Shown here one piece after another: positions 53,836 to 64,000 of a stretch of DNA of 64,000 nt. This DNA comes from Auanema rhodensis (taxonomy: Eukaryota > Animalia > Nematoda), in assembly GCA_964057225.1 (NCBI GenBank), contig OZ059896.1, forward strand, positions 22,754,001-22,818,000, read 5' to 3'. The translations under genes and the position numbers were made by a program. The notes beneath the pieces are model-generated. The model saw only the letters and a list, made by a program, of their open reading frames with translations, was not told where the DNA came from and searched no databases. The stretch's first letter is position 1. Every line of letters begins with the position of its first letter.

Positions 53836-56800
53836 CGGTTTTCAAAAGTAGATTCCCCATGTCCATATTAGTCTAAAAACAAATTTTTATTGATATTGGT
53901 GCATGGTAACCATGACTTTGAAATTTACGTGAACTTTAATTTATGCTAATTAAATGTACACGTGATGTGCACTTGGTATGTAACTCGCTTCACGTGAAAG
54001 ATAAAGAGATGCGGTTTTCGAAATTAGATTCCCCATGTCCATATTAGTCTAGAAACAAATTTCTATTGATATTGGTTTATGGTAACCATATCTTTGAAAT
54101 TTACGTGAACTTTAATTTATGCTAATTAAATGTACACGTGATGTGCACTTGGTATGTAACTCGCTTCACGTGAAAGATAAAGAGATGCGGTTTTCAAAAT
54201 TAGATTCCCCATGTCCATATTAGTCTAAAAACAAATTTTTATTGATATTGGTTCATGGTAACCATGTCTTTGAAATTTACGTGAACTTTAATTTATGCTA
54301 ATTAAATGTACACGTGATGTGCACTTGGTATGTAACTCGCTTCACGTGAAAGATAAAGAGATGCGGTTTTCAAAATTAGATTCCCCATGTCCATATTAGT
54401 CTAGAAACAAATTTCTATTGATATTGGTTTATGGTAACCATATCTTTGAAATTTACGTGAACTTTAATTTATGCTAATTAAATGTACACGTGATGTGCAC
54501 TTGGTATGTAACTCGCTTCACGTGAAAGATAAAAAGATGCAGTTTTCAAAATTAGATTCCCCATGTCCATATTAGTCTAAAAACAAATTTTTATTGATAT
54601 TGGTTTATGGTAACCATGTCTTTGAAATTTACGTGAACTTTAATTTATGCTAATTAAATGTACACGTGATGTGCACTTGGTATGTAACTCGCTTCACGTG
54701 AAAAATAAAGAGATGCGGTTTTCAAAAGTAGATTCCCCATGTCCATATTAGTCTAAAAACAAATTTTTATTAATATTGGTTCATGGTAACCATGACTTTG
54801 AAATTTACGTGAACTTTAATTTATGCTAATTAAATGTACACGTGATGTGCACTTGGTATGTAACTCGCTTGAAAGATAAAGAGATGCGGTTTTCAAAATT
54901 AGATTCCCCATGTCCATATTAGTCTAAAAACAAATTTTTATTGATATTGGTTCATGGTAACCATGACTTTGAAATTTACGTGAACTTTAATTTATGCTAA
55001 TTAAATGTACACGTGATGTGCACTTGGTATGTAACTCGCTTCACGTGAAAGATAAAGAGATGCGGTTTTCAAAATTAGATTCCCCATGTCCATATTAGTC
55101 TAAAAACAAATTTCTATTGATATTGGTTTATGGTAACCATGTCTTTGAAATTTACGTGAACTTTAATTTATGCTAATTAAATGTACACGTGATGTGCACT
55201 TGGTATGTAACTCGCTTCACGTGAAAGATAAAGAGATGCGGTTTTCAAAATTAGATTCCCCATGTCCATATTAGTCTAAAAACAAATTTTTATTAATATT
55301 GGTTCATGGTAACCATGTCTTTGAAATTTACGTGAACTTTAATTTATGCTAATTAAATGTACACGTGATGTGCACTTGGTATGTAACTCGCTTCACGTGA
55401 AAGATAAAAAGATGCAGTTTTCAAAATTAGATTCCCCATGTCCATATTAGTCTAGAAACAAATTTCTATTGATATTGGTTCATGGTAACCATGTCTTTGA
55501 AATTTACGTGAACTTTAATTTATGCTAATTAAATCTACACGTGATGTGCACTTGGTATGTAACTCGCTTCACGTGAAAAATAAAAAGATGCGGTTTTCAA
55601 AATTAGATTCCCCATGTCCATATTAGTCTAAAAACAAATTTTTATTAATATTGGTTCATGGTAACCATGACTTTGAAATTTACGTGAACTTTAATTTATG
55701 CTAATTAAATGTACACGTGATGTGCACTTGGTATGTAACTCGCTTCACGTGAAAGATAAAGAGATGCGGTTTTCAAAATTAGATTCCCCATGTCCATATT
55801 AGTCTAAAAACAAATTTTTATTGATATTGGTTCATGGTAACCATGACTTTGAAATTTACGTGAACTTTAATTTATGCTAATTAAATGTACACGTGATGTG
55901 CACTTGGTATGTAACTCGCTTCACGTGAAAGATAAAGAGATGCGGTTTTCAAAATTAGATTCCCCATGTCCATATTAGTCTAAAAACAAATTTTTATTGA
56001 TATTGGTTCATGGTAACCATGACTTTGAAATTTACGTGAACTTTAATTTATGCTAATTAAATGTACACGTGATGTGCACTTGGTATGTAACTCGCTTCAC
56101 GTGAAAGATAAAGAGATGCGGTTTTCAAAATTAGATTCCCCATGTCCATATTAGTCTAAAAACAAATTTTTATTAATATTGGTTCATGGTAACCATGTCT
56201 TTGAAATTTACGTGAACTTTAATTTATGCTAATTAAATGTACACGTGATGTGCACTTGGTATGTAACTCGCTTCACGTGAAAGATAAAGAGATGCGGTTT
56301 TCAAAATTAGATTCCCCATGTCCATATTAGTCTAAAAACAAATTTTTATTGATATTGGTTCATGGTAACCATGACTTTGAAATTTACGTGAACTTTAATT
56401 TATGCTAATTAAATGTACACGTGATGTGCACTTGGTATGTAACTCGCTTCACGTGAAAGATAAAGAGATGCGGTTTTTAAAATTAGATTCCCCATGTCCA
56501 TATTAGTCTAAAAACAAATTTTTATTAATATTGGTTCATGGTAACCATGTCTTTGAAATTTACGTGAACTTTAATTTATGCTAATTAAATGTACACGTGA
56601 TGTGCTCTTGGTATGTAACTCGCTTCACGTGAAAGATAAAGAGATGCGGTTTTCAAAATTAGATTCCCCATGTCCATTTTAGTCTAAAAACAAATTTTTA
56701 TTGATATTGGTTTATGGTAACCATATCTTTGAAATTTACGTGAACTTTAATTTATGCTAATTAAATGTACACGTGATGTGCACTTGGTATGTAACTCGCT

Positions 56801-59800
56801 TCACGTGAAAGATAAAGAGATGCGGTTTTCAAAATTAGATTCCCCATGTCCATATTAGTCTAAAAACAAATTTTTATTGATATTGGTTCATGGTAACCAT
56901 GTTTTTGAAATTTACGTGAACTTTAATTTATGCTAATTAAATGTACACGTGATGTGCACTTGGTATGTAACTCGCTTCACGTGAAAAATAAAGAGATGCG
57001 GTTTTCAAAATTAGATTCCCCATGTCCATATTAGTCTAAAAACAAATTTTTATTGATATTGGTTCATGGTAACCATGACTTTGAAATTTACGTGAACTTT
57101 AATTTATGCTAATTAAATGTACACGTGATGTGCACTTGGTATGTAACTCGCTTCACGTGAAAGATAAAGAGATGCGGTTTTCAAAATTAGATTCCCCATG
57201 TCCATATTAGTCTAAAAACAAATTTCTATTGATATTGGTTTATGGTAACCATGTCTTTGAAATTTACGTGAACTTTAATTTATGCTAATTAAATGTACAC
57301 GTGATGTGCACTTGGTATGTAACTCGCTTCACGTGAAAAATAAAAAGATGCGGTTTTCAAAATTAGATTCCCCATGTCCATATTAGTCTAAAAACAAATT
57401 TTTATTAATATTGGTTCATGGTAACCATGTCTTTGAAATTTACGTGAACTTTAATTTATGCTAATTAAATGTACACGTGATGTGCACTTGGTATGTAACT
57501 CGCTTCACGTGAAAGATAAAAAGATGCAGTTTTCAAAATTAGATTCCCCATGTCCATATTAGTCTAAAAACAAATTTTTATTGATATTGGTTCATGGTAA
57601 CCATGTCTTTGAAATTTACGTGAACTTTAATTTATGCTAATTAAATCTACACGTGATGTGCACTTGGTATGTAACTCGCTTCACGTGAAAAATAAAGAGA
57701 TGCGGTTTCCAAAATTAGATTCCCCATGTCCATATTAGTCTAAAAACAAATTTTTATTAATATTGGTTCATGGTAACCATGACTTTGAAATTTACGTGAA
57801 CTTTAATTTATGCTAATTAAATGTACACGTGATGTGCACTTGGTATGTAACTCGCTTCACGTGAAAGATAAAAAGATGCAGTTTTCAAAATTAGATTCCC
57901 CATGTCCATATTAGTCTAAAAACAAATTTTTATTGATATTGGTTCATGGTAACCATGACTTTGAAATTTACGTGAACTTTAATTTATGCTAATTAAATGT
58001 ACACGTGATGTGCACTTGGTATGTAACTCGCTTCACGTGAAAGATAAAGAGATGCAGTTTTCAAAATTAGATTCCCCATGTCCATATTAGTCTAAAAACA
58101 AATTTCTATTGATATTGGTTTATGGTAACCATGACTTTGAAATTCACGTGAACTTCAATTTATGCTAATTAAATGTACACGTGATGTGCACTTGGTATGA
58201 AACTCGCTTCCCGTGAAAGATAAAGAGATGCGGTTTTCAAAATTAGATTCCCCAAGTCCATATTAGTCTAAAAACAATATTTTATTGATATTGGTGCATG
58301 GTAACCATGTCTTTGAAATTTACGTGAACTTTAATTTATGCTAATTAAATGTACACGTGATGTGCACTTGGTATGTAACTCGCTTCACGTGAAAAATAAA
58401 GAGATGCGGTTTTCAAAATTAGATTCCCCATGTCCATATTAGTCTAAAAACAAATTTTTATTAATATTGGTTCATGGTAACCATGTCTTTGAAATTTACG
58501 TGAACTTTAATTTATGCTAATTAAATGTACACGTGATGTGCACTTGGTATGTAACTCGCTTCACGTGAAAGATAAAGAGATGCGGTTTTCAAAATTAGAT
58601 TCCCCATGTCCATATTAGTCTAAAAACAAATTTTTATTGATATTGGTTCATGGTAACCATGACTTTGAAATTTACGTGAACTTTAATTTATGCTAATTAA
58701 ATGTACACGTGATGTGCACTTGGTATGTAACTCGCTTCACGTGAAAGATAAAGAGATGCGGTTTTCAAAATTAGATTCCCCATGTCCATATTAGTCTAAA
58801 AACAAATTTTTATTGATATTGGTTGATGGTAACCATGACTTTGAAATTTACGTGAACTTTAATTTATGCTAATTAAATGTACACGTGATGTGCACTTGGT
58901 ATGTAACTCGCTTCACGTGAAAGATAAAGAGATGCGGTTTTCAAAATTAGATTCCCCATGTCCATATTAGTCTAAAAACAAATTTTTATTAATATTGGTT
59001 CATGGTAACCATGTCTTTGAAATTTACGTGAACTCTAATTTATGCTAATTAAATGTACACGTGATGTGCACTTGGTATGTAACTCGCTTCACGTGAAAGA
59101 GAAAGAGATGCGGTTTTCAAAATTAGATTCCCCATGTCCATATTAGTCTAAAAACAAATTTTTATTGATATTGGTTCATGGTAACCATGACTTTGAAATT
59201 TACGTGAACTTTAATTTATGCTAATTAAATTTACACGTGATGTGCACTTGGTATGTAACTCGCTTCACGTGAAAGATAAAGAGATGCGGTTTTCAAAATT
59301 AGATTCCCCATGTCCATATTAGTCTAAAAACAAATTTTTATTGATATTGGTTCATGGTAACCATGACTTTGAAATTTACGTGAACTTTAATTTATGCTAA
59401 TTAAATGTACACGTGATGTGCACTTGGTATGTAACTCGCTTCACGTGAAAGATAAAGAGATGCGGTTTTCAAAATTAGATTCCCCATGTCCATATTAGTC
59501 TAAAAACAAATTTTTATTAATATTGGTTCATGGTAACCATGTCTTTGAAATTTACGTGATCTTTAATTTATGCTAATTAAATGTACACGTGATGTGCACT
59601 TGGTATGTAACTCGCTTCACGTGAAAGATAAAGAGATGCGGTTTTCAAAATTAGATTCCCCATGTCCATATTAGTCTAGAAACAAATTTCTATTGATATT
59701 GGTTTATGGTAACCATATCTTTGAAATTTACGTGAACTTTAATTTATGCTAATTAAATGTACACGTGATGTGCACTTGGTATGTAACTCGCTTCACGTGA

Positions 59801-62800
59801 AAGATAAAAAGATGCAGTTTTCAAAATTAGATTCCCCATGTCCATATTAGTCTAAAAACAAATTTTTATTGATATTGGTTCATGGTAACCATGACTTTGA
59901 AATTTACGTGAACTTTAATTTATGCTAATTAAATGTACACGTGATGTGCACTTGGTATGTAACTCGCTTCACGTGAAAGATAAAGAGATGCGGTTTTCAA
60001 AATTAGATTCCCCATGTCCATATTAGTCTAAAAACAAATTTTTATTGATATTGGTTGATGGTAACCATGACTTTGAAATTTACGTGAACTTTAATTTATG
60101 CTAATTAAATGTACACGTGATGTGCACTTGGTATGTAACTCGCTTCACGTGAAAGATAAAGAGATGCGGTTTTCAAAATTAGATTCCCCATGTCCATATT
60201 AGTCTAAAAACAAATTTTTATTGATATTGGTTGATGGTAACCATGACTTTGAAATTTACGTGAACTTTAATTTATGCTAATTAAATGTACACGTGATGTG
60301 CACTTGGTATGTAACTCGCTTCACGTGAAAGATAAAGAGATGCGGTTTTCAAAATTAGATTCCCCATGTCCATATTAGTCTAAAAACAAATTTTTATTAA
60401 TATTGGTTCATGGTAACCATGTCTTTGAAATTTACGTGAACTTTAATTTATGCTAATTAAATGTACACGTGATGTGCACTTGGTATGTAACTCGCTTCAC
60501 GTGAAAGATAAAGAGATGCGGTTTTCAAAATTAGATTCCCCATGTCCATATTAGTCTAAAAACAAATTTTTATTAATATTGGTTCATGGTAACCATGTCT
60601 TTGAAATTTACGTGAACTTTAATTTATGCTAATTAAATGTACACGTGATGTGCACTTGGTATGTAACTCGCTTCACGTGAAAGATAAAGAGATGCGGTTT
60701 TCAAAATTAGATTCCCCATGTCCATATTAGTCTAAAAACAAATTTTTATTGATATTGGTTCATGGTAACCATGACTTTGAAATTTACGTGAACTTTAATT
60801 TATGCTAATTAAATGTACACGTGATGTGCACTTGGTATGTAACTCGCTTCACGTGAAAGATAAAGAGATGCGGTTTTCAAAATTAGATTCCCCATGTCCA
60901 TATTAGTCTAAAAACAAATTTTTATTGATATTGGTTGATGGTAACCATGACTTTGAAATTTACGTGAACTTTAATTTATGCTAATTAAATGTACACGTGA
61001 TGTGCACTTGGTATGTAACTCGCTTCACGTGAAAGATAAAGAGATGCGGTTTTCAAAATTAGATTCCCCATGTCCATATTAGTCTAAAAACAAATTTTTA
61101 TTAATATTGGTTCATGGTAACCATGTCTTTGAAATTTACGTGAACTCTAATTTATGCTAATTAAATGTACACGTGATGTGCACTTGGTATGTAACTCGCT
61201 TCACGTGAAAGAGAAAGAGATGCGGTTTTCAAAATTAGATTCCCCATGTCCATATTAGTCTAAAAACAAATTTTTATTGATATTGGTTCATGGTAACCAT
61301 GACTTTGAAATTTACGTGAACTTTAATTTATGCTAATTAAATTTACACGTGATGTGTACTTGGTATGTAACTCGCTTCACGTGAAAGATAAAGAGATGCG
61401 GTTTTCAAAATTAGATTCCCCATGTCCATATTAGTCTAAAAACAAATTTTTATTGATATTGGTTCATGGTAACCATGACTTTGAAATTTACGTGAACTTT
61501 AATTTATGCTAATTAAATGTACACGTGATGTGCACTTGGTATGTAACTCGCTTCACGTGAAAGATAAAGAGATGCGGTTTTCAAAATTAGATTCCCCATG
61601 TCCATATTAGTCTAAAAACAAATTTTTATTAATATTGGTTCATGGTAACCATGTCTTTGAAATTTACGTGATCTTTAATTTATGCTAATTAAATGTACAC
61701 GTGATGTGCACTTGGTATGTAACTCGCTTCACGTGAAAGATAAAGAGATGCGGTTTTCAAAATTAGATTTCCCATGTCCATATTAGTCTAGAAACAAATT
61801 TCTATTGATATTGGTTTATGGTAACCATATCTTTGAAATTTACGTGAACTTTAATTTATGCTAATTAAATGTACACGTGATGTGCACTTGGTATGTAACT
61901 CGCTTGAAAGATAAAGAGATGCGGTTTTCAAAATTAGATTCCCCATGTCCATATTAGTCTAAAAACAAATTTTTATTGATATTGGTTCATGGTAACCATG
62001 ACTTTGAAATTTACGTGAACTTTAATTTATGCTAATTAAATGTACACGTGATGTGCACTTGGTATGTAACTCGCTTCACGTGAAAAATAAAGAGATGCGC
62101 TTTTCAAAATTAGATTCCCCATGTCCATATTAGTCTAAAAACAAATTTTTATTAATATTGGTTCATGGTAACCATGTCTTTGAAATTTACGTGAACTTTA
62201 ATTTATGCTAATTAAATGTACACGTGATGTGCACTTGGTATGTAACTCGCTTGAAAGATAAAGAGATGCGGTTTTCAAAATTAGATTCCCCATGTCCATA
62301 TTAGTCTAAAAACAAATTTTTATTGATATTGGTTCATGGTAACCATGACTTTGAAATTTACGTGAACTTTAATTTATGCTAATTAAATGTACACGTGATG
62401 TGCACTTGGTATGTAACTCGCTTCACGTGAAAGATAAAGAGATGCGGTTTTCAAAATTAGATTCCCCATGTCCATATTAGTCTAAAAACAAATTTTTATT
62501 AATATTGGTTCATGGTAACCATGTCTTTGAAATTTACGTGATCTTTAATTTATGCTAATTAAATGTACACGTGATGTGCACTTGGTATGTAACTCGCTTC
62601 ACGTGAAAGATAAAGAGATGCGGTTTTCAAAATTAGATTTCCCATGTCCATATTAGTCTAGAAACAAATTTCTATTGATATTGGTTTATGGTAACCATAT
62701 CTTTGAAATTTACGTGAACTTTAATTTATGCTAATTAAATGTACACGTGATGTGCACTTGGTATGTAACTCGCTTGAAAGATAAAGAGATGCGGTTTTCA

Positions 62801-64000
62801 AAATTAGATTCCCCATGTCCATATTAGTCTAAAAACAAATTTTTATTGATATTGGTTCATGGTAACCATGACTTTGAAATTTACGTGAACTTTAATTTAT
62901 GCTAATTAAATGTACACGTGATGTGCACTTGGTATGTAACTCGCTTCACGTGAAAGATAAAGAGATGCGGTTTTCAAAATTAGATTCCCCATGTCCATAT
63001 TAGTCTAAAAACAAATTTTTATTGATATTGGTTCATGGTAACCATGACTTTGAAATTTACGTGAACTTTAATTTATGCTAATTAAATGTACACGTGATGT
63101 GCACTTGGTATGTAACTCGCTTCACGTGAAAGATAAAGAGATGCGGTTTTCAAAATTAGATTCCCCATGTCCATATTAGTCTAGAAACAATTTTCTATTG
63201 ATATTGGTTTATGGTAACCATATCTTTGAAATTTACGTGAACTTTAATTTATGCTAATTAAATGTACACGTGATGTGCACTTGGTATGTAACTCGCTTCA
63301 CGTGAAAGATAAAGAGATGCGGTTTTCAAAATTAGATTCCCCATGTCCATATTAGTCTAAAAACAAATTTTTATTGATATTGGTTCATGGTAACCATGTC
63401 TTTGAAATTTACGTGAACTTTAATTTATGCTAATTAAATGTACACGTGATGTGCACTTGGTATGTAACTCGCTTCACGTGAAAGATAAAGAGATGCGGTT
63501 TTCAAAATTAGATTCCCCATGTCCATATTAGTCTAGAAACAAATTTCTATTGATATTGGTTTATGGTAACCATATCTTTGAAATTTACGTGAACTTCAAT
63601 TTATGCTAATTAAATGTACACGTGATGTGCACTTGGTATGTAACTCGCTTCACGTGAAAGATAAAAAGATGCAGTTTTCAAAATTAGATTCCCCATGTCC
63701 ATATTAGTCTAAAAACAAATTTTTATTGATATTGGTTTATGGTAACCATGTCTTTGAAATTTACGTGAACTTTAATTTATGCTAATTAAATGTACACGTG
63801 ATGTGCACTTGGTATGTAACTCGCTTCACGTGAAAAATAAAGAGATGCGGTTTTCAAAAGTAGATTCTCCATGTCCATATTAGTCTAAAAACAAATTTTT
63901 ATTAATATTGGTTCATGGTAACCATGACTTTGAAATTTACGTGAACTTTAATTTATGCTAATTAAATGTACACGTGATGTGCACTTGGTATGTAACTCGC

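Larger units (their letters stand above)
1..64000. repeat. Tandem satellite DNA array, 176-bp monomer, about 363.9 copies, head-to-tail, putative (peri)centromeric satellite
   Basis: The unit cggttttcaaaattagattcccc...gaaagataaagagatg recurs at 1, 177, 353, etc. Phase tracks exactly to the window end once the 1-bp deletion (~10788) and eight 5-bp deletions are counted (monomer starts at 51211, 51558, 52961, 53308, 54887, 61922, 62269, 62792, 63848). No non-satellite sequence or strand switch was seen. The centromeric role is inferred from length, AT content and homogeneity only. Confidence 0.99.

Noticed and set aside
1-64000. CRISPR array or other repeat-spacer system
   Set aside because: There are no unique spacers. 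The whole 176 bp is repeated with only point variants, and no cas or other genes are present.
1-64000. Inversions, transposon insertions or array boundary
   Set aside because: The monomer phase is fully accounted for from base 1 to 64000 by nine small deletions, leaving no room for an insertion. No strand switch was seen.

Overview
The whole 64,000-bp window is one uninterrupted, single-orientation, head-to-tail tandem array of a 176-bp AT-rich satellite monomer (consensus GC 56/176, about 32%). It holds 363 complete monomers plus a final partial one (63848-64000). Copies usually differ from the consensus at only a few sites. The only length variants seen are one 1-bp deletion (~10788) and eight copies of the same 5-bp deletion (51.2-62.8 kb). 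I found no genes, RNA genes, transposons or CRISPR arrays, and the single 60-aa ORF results from one TAG->CAG substitution in one monomer. Monomer length, AT content and homogeneity are typical of a eukaryotic (peri)centromeric satellite, but I cannot name the family or organism. Two less obvious layers exist. (1) Shared variants define a patchwork of local higher-order duplications (3-, 4-, 5-, 9-, 10-, 11-, 12- and 15-mers) and long-range block copies, not one fixed HOR. (2) The monomer is a chain of dyad symmetries, and several recurrent variants are compensatory or palindrome-perfecting (A41G with T52C; C67T with G79A; T91C with T102C). Positions 'mN' refer to the monomer numbered as window positions 1-176. 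All variant calls were read by eye.
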